Origin: an uncultured bacterium
GTDB taxonomy: Bacteria > Auribacterota > JACPWU01
NCBI GenBank assembly: GCA_964640155.1
Contig: CAZXEQ010000002.1
Coordinates: 210,001-242,000 of the forward strand
Length of the DNA: 32,000 nt
Reading direction: 5' to 3'
Part shown: piece by piece, positions 1-6,591 of the stretch
Position numbering within the stretch: position 1 is the stretch's first letter
Layout: each line of letters starts with the position of its first letter
The notes under the pieces: generated by a model
Database searches by the model: none
Told to the model about the DNA's origin: nothing
Seen by the model: only the letters and a program-made list of their open reading frames with translations
Translations under genes and position numbers: made by a program

Positions 1-308
1 GACACTGCAAAAATAGGCAGTTGATGAATAAAATTAGTGGTCCCATCCAAAGGATCAATAATCCAAAGAGGTTTTTTAGCATCAAATTGATATTGAGCAG
101 ATTCCTCAGCTAATATCTGATGATCCGGGAAATGATGTAAAATTTTTTCAACAATCATTTTTTCAGATCTTTGATCTACTTCTGTCACATAATCATTTTG
201 ATCTTTAAAATGAATATGATGTTTTTTAAGTTTGGGCTGTTCTTTTAAAAACATCGCACCCACTTCTCTCGCCATTTTAATAACAAAATCAATCGTTGGT
301 TTTTTCAT
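1..308 (-). CDS. suhB: Inositol monophosphatase family protein (SuhB-like), N-terminal part only; the gene runs off the left edge of the window
   Basis: Absent from the ORF track because it is truncated by the window. Reverse-complement translation from the ATG at 308..306 gives MKKPTIDFVIKMAREVGAMFLKEQ...DYVTEVDQRSEKMIVEKILHHFPDHQILAEES...KPLWIIDPLDGTTNFIHQLPIFAV. The W-x-IDPLDGTTNF block is the metal-binding signature of the IMPase/SuhB/CysQ family. Confidence 0.8.
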   Translation of the reverse strand, partial: MKKPTIDFVIKMAREVGAMFLKEQPKLKKHHIHFKDQNDYVTEVDQRSEKMIVEKILHHFPDHQILAEESAQYQFDAKKPLWIIDPLDGTTNFIHQLPIFAV

Positions 309-325
309 AACTCCAAGTTTCGCGT

Positions 326-682
326 TTAAACTTTAAAAGGTTTTTGAATACAAACTTCAAAATTGGAAATGCTTGGCTTCACTGTAAAAAATAAAGATAG
401 TAAAAAGCCGATTGCTAATAAAAATCCTATCAACTTATACCCACATCCCCATCCCATAAAAAAGAGCCCCATAGCGACAAACAATTCCCAAGGCTTTGCC
501 CGAATGGAATGAGGTGGACTCAAAAGAACGGTGACGCTTTCTCCCTTTACCAGCTTTTCATCACATTTAAATTCAAAAGGAATAAAGGTCTGACCTTGAG
601 TCTGTGGAGATTCAAGTTTCAGTTGAATCTTTCCATCTCTAATATCTTGAACAATTCCTTTTTCAGTCATCGTATTATGCAT
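326..682 (-). CDS. Hypothetical small membrane protein: soluble N-terminal half followed by two hydrophobic helices
   Basis: 118-aa ORF lying 17 nt upstream of the suhB-like gene on the same strand. The C-terminal half has two hydrophobic stretches (WELFVAMGLFFMGWGCGY and LIGFLLAIGFLLSLFF). No family was recognised with confidence. The start could be M1 or M5. Confidence 0.45.
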   Translation of the reverse strand: MHNTMTEKGIVQDIRDGKIQLKLESPQTQGQTFIPFEFKCDEKLVKGESVTVLLSPPHSIRAKPWELFVAMGLFFMGWGCGYKLIGFLLAIGFLLSLFFTVKPSISNFEVCIQKPFKV

Positions 683-833
683 TATAATACCCGAATATTA
701 CTTACTTAGGTTAAAGACTTTTTGACTCATTGATATAGTTTGCTGAAGAAGGGGCGAGATGCAAGGCACCCCGGACGTGACGTCGGGGTAACACGTATAA
801 AAACCCTTATCCAACAAACGGGAAAGGTTATTT

Positions 834-1820
834 ATGAAAACATGTTTAGTAACAGGTGGTGCAGGATTTCTAGGTTCACATCTTTGTGATTACTTGCTAG
901 AGCAAGGACATCGCGTGATTTGTTTAGACAATTTTTTGACAGGGAATATCAAAAACATTTCTCATCTTTTAGGTCATGAAAGATTCAAATTTTATAAATA
1001 CGATGTAACGGAATATCTTTTCATAGAAGAACCCATTGATTTTATTTTTCATTTTGCTTCTCCCGCAAGTCCTCGAGATTATTTGGAATATCCTATTCAG
1101 ACACTCAAAGTCGGAGCTTTAGGCACCCATAAAACTTTAGGTCTCGCAAAAGCTAAAAAAGCCAAATACCTTCTTGCTTCTACATCTGAAGTTTATGGAG
1201 ATCCTCTGGTACATCCACAAACAGAAGACTATTGGGGCAATGTAAATCCCGTCGGCCCTCGTGGTGTCTATGATGAAGCCAAACGATTTGGTGAGGCCTT
1301 GGCGATGGCTTATCATCGCACCCATGGAGTCGATGTCAAAATTGTAAGAATTTTTAATACTTATGGACCTCGCATGCGTTTACGAGATGGCCGTGTCGTT
1401 CCCAATTTTATTCCTCAAGCCCTTCAAGGTGAACCCATGACCATTTATGGAGATGGAAAACAAACGAGAAGTTTTTGCTATGTCTCAGATTTAGTTCGTG
1501 GGATTTATCTTCTGGCTATGTCCAAATTGAATGAACCTGTAAATATTGGAAATCCCAATGAAATGACCGTTTTACAATTTGCTGAATTTATTAAATCCGC
1601 GGTCAAAAGCAAAAGTAAAATTGTTTTTGAACCTCTTCCCGTCAATGATCCTCAAGTACGACAACCTGACATTACAAAGGCAAAGAAGCATTTAGGATGG
1701 GAGCCAAAAGTGGGATTGGAAGAAGGTATTTCAAAAACAGTTGAATATTTCAGAAAAGAGTTGGGAGCAGAAAAAGGATCTCAGTCAAAGGCGAAGGCAC
1801 CTCGGGTACAAAAGGTTTAA
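834..1820 (+). CDS. UDP-glucuronate decarboxylase / UDP-xylose synthase-like NAD-dependent epimerase-dehydratase (extended SDR)
   Basis: N-terminal Rossmann motif [12 protein letters not shown]. The catalytic region STSEVYGDP...YDEAKR contains the YxxxK motif, and [10 protein letters not shown] is typical of UXS-type decarboxylases. A GGAAAGG Shine-Dalgarno-like motif lies just upstream of the ATG. Confidence 0.85.
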   Translation: MKTCLVTGGAGFLGSHLCDYLLEQGHRVICLDNFLTGNIKNISHLLGHERFKFYKYDVTEYLFIEEPIDFIFHFASPASPRDYLEYPIQTLKVGALGTHKTLGLAKAKKAKYLLASTSEVYGDPLVHPQTEDYWGNVNPVGPRGVYDEAKRFGEALAMAYHRTHGVDVKIVRIFNTYGPRMRLRDGRVVPNFIPQALQGEPMTIYGDGKQTRSFCYVSDLVRGIYLLAMSKLNEPVNIGNPNEMTVLQFAEFIKSAVKSKSKIVFEPLPVNDPQVRQPDITKAKKHLGWEPKVGLEEGISKTVEYFRKELGAEKGSQSKAKAPRVQKV

Positions 1821-1830
1821 GGATTAAAGA

Positions 1831-3087
1831 ATGAAAAAAATAAAATATATTCTAAGCCTACTTTTGATCTTCTCAGCTTTCTATCTTTTTGCCGATTCTT
1901 CGAATAAAAACCCCTCTCCTGACATTTATGACAATTTGGATCTTTTTGCAAATACCGTAGCCATGCTTCAAAGAGATTATGTAGATCCGGTGGAGCCACA
2001 AAAATTGATTTATGGTGCTTTAAAAGGCATGCTCCGATCTTTAGATCCTCACAGTCAATTTTTAGATGCCCAGGCCTATCGAGAAATCGAGGTTGAGACC
2101 GAGGGGAAATTTGGTGGATTGGGCATTGAAATTACTGTTCAAGATGATTTTTTAACTGTTGTTTCTGCCATAGAAGGAACCCCCGCTGCTGCTGCAGGAA
2201 TTTTGCCCAAAGATCGTATTGTTAAAATTGATGGGAAATCCACCAAAGATATGTCCCTACAAGAAGCTGTAAAGCTTTTGAGAGGTCAGCCTACCACAAA
2301 AATCAAACTGACTATTTTAAGAAGTAAAAAGAAAAAGATTTTAGATTTTGTCATAGAAAGAGCCTTAATTAAAATTAAAAGCATCGCCGCAGCAAAAATT
2401 TTGGAAGATCATATTGCCTATATTCGTATCAGCGAGTTTCAGGAGAGAACAGGGATTGATTTCGGCACACTTCTTGAAAAATTTAAACAAGAAGGAATGC
2501 AAGCCTTAATCCTTGATCTTAGAAACAATCCTGGAGGTCTTTTACAAGCTGCAGTCGATGTGTCAGAAAAATTCATTCCTAAGGGGAGCCTTGTCGTTTA
2601 TACGAAAGGCCGCAAACCCTCACAAAATCTAAGCTTCAACTCTAAGAGGGATCCGATCACCAATGTCCCTATCGTGGTTTTGGTTAATGAAGGAAGCGCA
2701 AGCGCCTCTGAAATTGTTACGGGTGTCGTTCAAGATTTAAAACGAGGGATTGTGATAGGGCAGAAAACATTTGGGAAGGGTTCGGTTCAAAGTGTTATCC
2801 CATTAAAAGATGGGTCCGCTTTAAAATTAACTACCGCAAGATATTTTACACCCTTAGGACGATCGATTCAAGGCTCTGGCATTCAACCTGACATCAGTGT
2901 CAAACTTCCCGCTAAAGAAGCTCTTAAATTGAGAAAGGCTGCCAGAAAAAAATTACTCGAAGGAGAAGAAAGACCGATTATGCGAGATCGTCAGCTTCAA
3001 ACAGCCATTGATCTTTTAAAAGGGGTACGTATTTTTCACGAAATCACAACACCTACCTTACCTGAAAGCAAGGGTCAGGAAAAATGA
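1831..3087 (+). CDS. ctpA: Carboxy-terminal processing protease, peptidase family S41 (Ctp/Prc-like) with PDZ domain
   Basis: N-terminal signal-like hydrophobic segment. PDZ-like region GGLGIEI...GTPAAAAGILPKDRIVKIDG. S41 catalytic blocks are LDLRNNPGG, VNEGSASASEI (Ser nucleophile) and TFGKGSVQ (Lys). The gene starts 10 nt after the upstream stop. Confidence 0.9.
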   Translation: MKKIKYILSLLLIFSAFYLFADSSNKNPSPDIYDNLDLFANTVAMLQRDYVDPVEPQKLIYGALKGMLRSLDPHSQFLDAQAYREIEVETEGKFGGLGIEITVQDDFLTVVSAIEGTPAAAAGILPKDRIVKIDGKSTKDMSLQEAVKLLRGQPTTKIKLTILRSKKKKILDFVIERALIKIKSIAAAKILEDHIAYIRISEFQERTGIDFGTLLEKFKQEGMQALILDLRNNPGGLLQAAVDVSEKFIPKGSLVVYTKGRKPSQNLSFNSKRDPITNVPIVVLVNEGSASASEIVTGVVQDLKRGIVIGQKTFGKGSVQSVIPLKDGSALKLTTARYFTPLGRSIQGSGIQPDISVKLPAKEALKLRKAARKKLLEGEERPIMRDRQLQTAIDLLKGVRIFHEITTPTLPESKGQEK

Positions 3088-4178
3088 AACGGTTTCAAAA
3101 TTGTACATTTGTTTTTTTTCTTTTTCTTTCTTTGTTTTTGACCGGATGTTCTTTCTTCTCCCCCAAAGCCACTCCCTCTCCAAAAATGGAGATTTCGACT
3201 GCACCTCTCAACTTTGGGAAATGGCACGCTGATCTTGTTTCTAAAAAACTTCAAAATGATCAAACCTTTCACCTTCTTTTTCATAGAACTTCTTTTAAAA
3301 AAGAAATTGCTCATTTTAAAGCATGGCTTAAAAACCAAGATTTTGAAGTCATAGAAGAAAAAGTTTTAAAGAGTTCTCTTCCTCAAAAAATAGAATTAAA
3401 GATTCAAAGGAAAAATCTCATTTATAATTTCGAGATCAAACAAAAAGTGAGAGGCAAAATTGCCCTTGTCATTGATGATTTGGGTCATAATCGAAAATTA
3501 CTTCCCCTTCTTTATCAGATCGATTGCCCCATGACTCTCGCCATTCTTCCCCATCTGACTTTCTCTGAGAGCTTATCTAAGGAGCTCCATGAACGTGGGT
3601 ATGAAATCTTATTGCATTTGCCGATGGAAAATACTTCTAATCTTGATCCCGGGCCTGGAGTTATCACCACACAGATGACGGAAGAAGAGATTCGTAAAAC
3701 TATTACAGAGAATTTAAGTAGTGTCCCCCAAGCCATAGGAGCCAATAATCATATGGGATCCAAGGCTACACAAGACTCACGAGTCATGGAAATCACTTTG
3801 GACGAGTTAAAAAAACATGACAAAATTTTTCTAGATAGCCTTACTGCTAAATCTGTCGCTCCTGAATTAGGAAAAGCAAAAGGAGATATCATTCATTCTA
3901 GAGATATTTTTTTAGATAATCAAAATTCTATTTCCTATATTGAGAACCAGCTTAAAGATCTTAGAAAAATAGCACTGCAAAAAGGAGAAGCCATTGGCAT
4001 TGGTCATTTTAAAGCCAATACATTCCAAGCCATTTTCAATATGCAGGAAAGTTTTAAGGATGCAGGGATTAAATTTGTTCTTTTATCGGAGTTTTATAAA
4101 GTTGAACCCCGTACCTCTGCACCAGAAGCGCATCAGCCTTTAGCTGAGAACATAGAACATCGAAATAACTCTCAATAG
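3084..4178 (+). CDS. Divergent polysaccharide deacetylase family lipoprotein (YibQ-like)
   Basis: Lipobox LFLTGCS near the N-terminus. Conserved blocks IALVIDDLG, LAILPH, LLHLPME and ANNHMGS are typical of the divergent polysaccharide deacetylase (YibQ) family. Its ATG overlaps the ctp stop (ATGA), which suggests translational coupling. Confidence 0.8.
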   Translation: MKRFQNCTFVFFLFLSLFLTGCSFFSPKATPSPKMEISTAPLNFGKWHADLVSKKLQNDQTFHLLFHRTSFKKEIAHFKAWLKNQDFEVIEEKVLKSSLPQKIELKIQRKNLIYNFEIKQKVRGKIALVIDDLGHNRKLLPLLYQIDCPMTLAILPHLTFSESLSKELHERGYEILLHLPMENTSNLDPGPGVITTQMTEEEIRKTITENLSSVPQAIGANNHMGSKATQDSRVMEITLDELKKHDKIFLDSLTAKSVAPELGKAKGDIIHSRDIFLDNQNSISYIENQLKDLRKIALQKGEAIGIGHFKANTFQAIFNMQESFKDAGIKFVLLSEFYKVEPRTSAPEAHQPLAENIEHRNNSQ

Positions 4179-4184
4179 TTTGTC

Positions 4185-4217
4185 ATCCCCAAAGGTCTTT
4201 GTCGGGGATCCACTTTT
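4185..4217 (+). terminator. Possible weak intrinsic terminator after the deacetylase gene
   Basis: ATCCCC (4185..4190) pairs with GGGGAT (4204..4209). An inner AAA/TTT extension follows a 3-nt bulge. A short TTTT run lies at 4214..4217. The element starts 7 nt after the stop codon. The stem is imperfect and the T-tract short. Confidence 0.35.
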
Positions 4218-4237
4218 AAGAATTTAAGGTTTTCAAA

Positions 4238-5278
4238 ATGATCGTTCTCGGGATTGAAACATCTTGTGATGAAACAGCAGCTAGTATTTTAAAAGGACCT
4301 CGTGAAATCCTTTCTAATGTCATTTCTAGTCAAATGGAACTTCATCACGCCTATGGAGGGGTGGTTCCAGAAATGGCATCCCGGCGCCATGTGGAAGTCA
4401 TTGATATTGTTGTTCGAGAAAGCATAAAAAAGGCGAAAATTGATCTTTCTCAAATTGATTTAATTGCTGTAACCGTCGGACCTGGCTTGGTAGGATCCCT
4501 TTTGATTGGAGCTACTTTTGCAAAAACATTGGCTCATGCACTTCATAAGCCTTGCATGGGAATCAATCATTTGGAAGGACATCTCTATGCCCCCATGCTT
4601 GAAAATCTTGACCTTGAATTCCCCTGGGTTAGTCTCATTGTTTCAGGAGGCCATACTCTTTTAGTTTGGGTAAAAGCGATTGGACAATACGAGATTTTAG
4701 GCTCTACCTTTGATGATGCAGCAGGTGAAGCTTATGATAAAGTCGCTAAACTTTTAGGACTAGGTTATCCAGGAGGACCCATCATTGACCAGCTGGCCAG
4801 AGAGGGAGATCCCAAAGCTGTAAAACTTCCCAAACCTTATCTCTCTAAAACTTCCATGGACTTTAGTTTTAGTGGACTCAAAACAGCGGTTTTATATTCT
4901 GTCAAAGGATATGGTAGAAACAAAAATACGCCCGTTCACCTAGAAGATAAAGCTTTGAAAAATTTAGCTGCATCTTTTCAAGCATCCGTCGTTGATGTTT
5001 TGACAGAAAAATGTTTAAGAGCGTTAAATCATACCGGAGCTTCCCGATTAGCGATAGGAGGTGGTGTTGCTGCCAATTCTAGACTTAGAGAACATTTGAA
5101 AGAATTCGCTCAAGAAAAAGGATTTGAAGTATTTCTCCCTTCCAAAGCCATGTGTACCGACAATGCTGCCATGATTGCAAGCCTCGGCTGGGCCACATAC
5201 AATGCCGGTCTTCAGGGAGAAGTGCTAGAAGTAAATCCAAAATTGAGGATTAGGGAAGATCAAAAAATTCTAATTTAA
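4238..5278 (+). CDS. tsaD: tRNA N6-adenosine threonylcarbamoyltransferase TsaD (Kae1/Gcp family)
   Basis: Hallmark blocks GIETSCDETA, GVVPEMASRRH, VTVGPGLVGSLLIG, INHLEGH, SGGHT and GGGVAANS. Confidence 0.95.
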   Translation: MIVLGIETSCDETAASILKGPREILSNVISSQMELHHAYGGVVPEMASRRHVEVIDIVVRESIKKAKIDLSQIDLIAVTVGPGLVGSLLIGATFAKTLAHALHKPCMGINHLEGHLYAPMLENLDLEFPWVSLIVSGGHTLLVWVKAIGQYEILGSTFDDAAGEAYDKVAKLLGLGYPGGPIIDQLAREGDPKAVKLPKPYLSKTSMDFSFSGLKTAVLYSVKGYGRNKNTPVHLEDKALKNLAASFQASVVDVLTEKCLRALNHTGASRLAIGGGVAANSRLREHLKEFAQEKGFEVFLPSKAMCTDNAAMIASLGWATYNAGLQGEVLEVNPKLRIREDQKILI

Positions 5279-5603
5279 TTAATTTCTTAGCTAAAGCGTA
5301 TATATCTTTTTTGTCTTGCTCCTTACGAATTCCTACAGCCACTACAATAACAATCACTTTCCCTCTATCTACCTTATAAATAATACGATAGCGTTGACCA
5401 ACTGCTCTAAGACTTCGATAACCCGTTAACTCTCCTACTAAAAGCTTGCCCTGTTTTTCTGGATCGTTTGCTAAATCATCAATACGATCTCGAATCTTTT
5501 CCATGATCCGGCGATCTTGAATGGAAGCTAGCATTTTTCTTGCTTCGTGGGTAAGGAATATTTTCCAACTCACAACTTCAAATCCTTTTTCACTTTCTCC
5601 CAA
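5250..5603 (-). CDS. relE: Type II toxin, RelE/ParE family
   Basis: The C-terminal core LTGYRSLRAVGQRYRIIYKVDRGKVIVIVVAVGIRKE matches the RelE/ParE pattern. The gene lies immediately downstream of a Phd/YefM antitoxin. A GTG at 5573..5571 overlaps the antitoxin stop (GTGA) and may be the true start instead of the ATG at 5603. The 3' end overlaps the tsaD 3' end by 29 nt, in convergent orientation. Confidence 0.8.
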   Translation of the reverse strand: MGESEKGFEVVSWKIFLTHEARKMLASIQDRRIMEKIRDRIDDLANDPEKQGKLLVGELTGYRSLRAVGQRYRIIYKVDRGKVIVIVVAVGIRKEQDKKDIYALAKKLIKLEFFDLP

Positions 5604-5845
5604 GAAAGCAAACGCCCTTGAGTCATTTCCTTGATACTTTTAGAAAGCGAATTCCTTAAATCTGGATCTGCCATCACTTCTAAAGTCTCCACAATACTTT
5701 CATAGAAATCCCACGGCATAATTGCCAGAATGGGTTTTCCTCGACGGGTCACAGTAACCGCCCCAGAATCCTTCTTTCTGGAAAAAGCCTTTGGAAGGTC
5801 CAACAGGGTGGACCTTGCTTTAGAAATAGAGATTGTTTCGTCCAT
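5570..5845 (-). CDS. Type II antitoxin, Phd/YefM family
   Basis: ISISKARSTLLDLPK...VTVTRRGKPILAIMPWDFYESIVETLEV is the typical Phd/YefM N-terminal fold pattern. An AGAGG Shine-Dalgarno motif lies upstream. The antitoxin gene precedes the toxin gene. Confidence 0.8.
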   Translation of the reverse strand: MDETISISKARSTLLDLPKAFSRKKDSGAVTVTRRGKPILAIMPWDFYESIVETLEVMADPDLRNSLSKSIKEMTQGRLLSWEKVKKDLKL

Positions 5846-5863
5846 AAGTACCTCTTTTAGTAT

Positions 5864-5903
5864 TTGTACATCTTATTGTACAAGTATATGCACAAAAGTT
5901 CAA
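5864..5903 (-). promoter_or_regulatory. Putative sigma70-type promoter of the phd-relE cassette with overlapping TGTACA palindromes (candidate operator)
   Basis: Read on the minus strand: TTGAAC (5903..5898), a 17-nt spacer, then TACAAT (5880..5875). Two TTGTACA elements (5864..5870 and 5876..5882, 12-nt period) overlap the -10 and the start region. The second forms the perfect 8-bp palindrome TTGTACAA. Confidence 0.45.
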
Positions 5904-5953
5904 GATTAAATTTTATACGCTGTCCTCGCCATTCGTCTTTTGGAGAACCAAAT

Positions 5954-5998
5954 TTACGTAGCAGCTTCGATCTTACGGTTGACAGCAGCTTGTTGGAA
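5954..5998 (-). repeat. Relic copy of the giant gene 3' end: 14 codons plus stop, FQQAAVNRKIEAAT*
   Basis: 39 of 45 nt are identical to 6547..6591, which encodes FQQAAAQRKIEAAA* at the end of the giant ORF. The stop codon sits at the same relative position. An in-frame TGA lies only 3 codons upstream of the relic, so it is not part of a larger ORF. Confidence 0.8.
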
Positions 5999-6009
5999 AA
6001 ATCTTCAGC

Positions 6010-6270
6010 TTACAAAAGCTCTTTGAATTTTTCAGGAGTGATTTGCAAGTCGTTGATAATACCATGTAAAGTTTTTGGCTTGATATCGTGCCCTGCATGC
6101 ATAGGAATAACAACACGTGCTTGATCAGAATTTCGATAAAAAATGGCGTGACTACCTTTTTGGCGATCTAATTCAAATCCAAGTTGCTTCGCGACACGAA
6201 CCAAATCTTTTGCTTTAACCTGAGGAGGAACGGACTCATGCAGCAATATGGATAGGCTTAATAATAACAT
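6010..6270 (-). CDS. hicA: Type II toxin HicA (mRNA interferase, YcfA-like)
   Basis: KAKDLVRVAKQLGFELDRQKGSHAIFYRN...VVIPMHAGHDIKPKTLHGIINDL is the HicA dsRBD-like pattern, including the G-S-H motif. The annotated ATG start overlaps hicB by 35 nt. A TTG at 6246..6244 is an alternative start. Confidence 0.8.
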   Translation of the reverse strand: MLLLSLSILLHESVPPQVKAKDLVRVAKQLGFELDRQKGSHAIFYRNSDQARVVIPMHAGHDIKPKTLHGIINDLQITPEKFKELL

Positions 6271-6460
6271 CTTCGCAGGGAATAGGTTGTGAATGAGACT
6301 TAAGACTTTCTATATACAGTTGAATTGCCTCTGTAATATTCTTAATTATTTCTTCGTAAGTATCACCCTGAGAGTGGCAACCTCTAAGAGCCGGGCAAAA
6401 GGCATGATATCCCCCATCCTCTTCACGCTCTATAATAACAGTATAGTTATGTTCACTCAT
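6236..6460 (-). CDS. hicB: Type II antitoxin HicB-like (UPF0150 N-terminal domain only)
   Basis: YTVIIEREEDGGYHAFCPALRGCHSQGDTYEEIIKNITEAIQLYIE matches the HicB/UPF0150 fold pattern. The gene lies directly upstream of hicA. An AAGGA Shine-Dalgarno motif precedes the ATG. Confidence 0.75.
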   Translation of the reverse strand: MSEHNYTVIIEREEDGGYHAFCPALRGCHSQGDTYEEIIKNITEAIQLYIESLKSHSQPIPCEDVIIKPIHIAA

Positions 6461-6517
6461 GGATTATATCCTTTACATCCATCACCAACCAACAATTCTA
6501 AAATGCTTGATAACTGT

Positions 6518-6546
6518 AGTGTACTTCACATAAGGGGTAATGTCAA
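6518..6546 (-). promoter_or_regulatory. Putative sigma70-type promoter of the hicBA cassette
   Basis: Read on the minus strand: consensus TTGACA (6546..6541), a 17-nt spacer, then TACACT (6523..6518). The -35 hexamer directly abuts the giant gene stop codon (6547..6549). Confidence 0.45.
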
Positions 6547-6591
6547 TTACGCAGCAGCTTCGATTTTGCGCTGGGCAGCAGCTTGTTGGAA
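6547..6591 (-). repeat. Functional copy of the 45-bp repeat: last 14 codons plus TAA of the giant ORF
   Basis: Partner of 5954..5998 (39/45 identical). Together the two copies bracket 5999..6546, which contains exactly the promoter, hicB and hicA. Confidence 0.8.

Noticed and set aside
326-682. Naming the 118-aa membrane protein as RseC/MucC-like.
   Set aside because: Only the gross layout is similar (a small soluble N-terminal part plus two C-terminal helices). I see no conserved Cys motif or sequence block that would justify the name.
751-788. The GC-rich hairpin read as an intrinsic terminator.
   Set aside because: It lies between two divergently oriented start codons, not downstream of any gene. 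It is not followed by a T-tract on either strand.
509-3745. Small overlapping ORFs 509..709 (+), 1137..1325 (-), 1817..1999 (-), 3075..3338 (-) and 3515..3745 (-).
   Set aside because: Each is embedded antisense within, or straddles, a confidently assigned gene (the small membrane protein, the UXS-like SDR, Ctp or the YibQ-like protein). Each has a compositionally odd translation.
5250-6546. A mobile-element call (IS, integrase or transposon) for the TA islet.
   Set aside because: No transposase, integrase or recombinase ORF is visible, and no terminal inverted repeats. Only the 45-bp direct repeats are present, and these are reported as a finding rather than as a defined mobile element.
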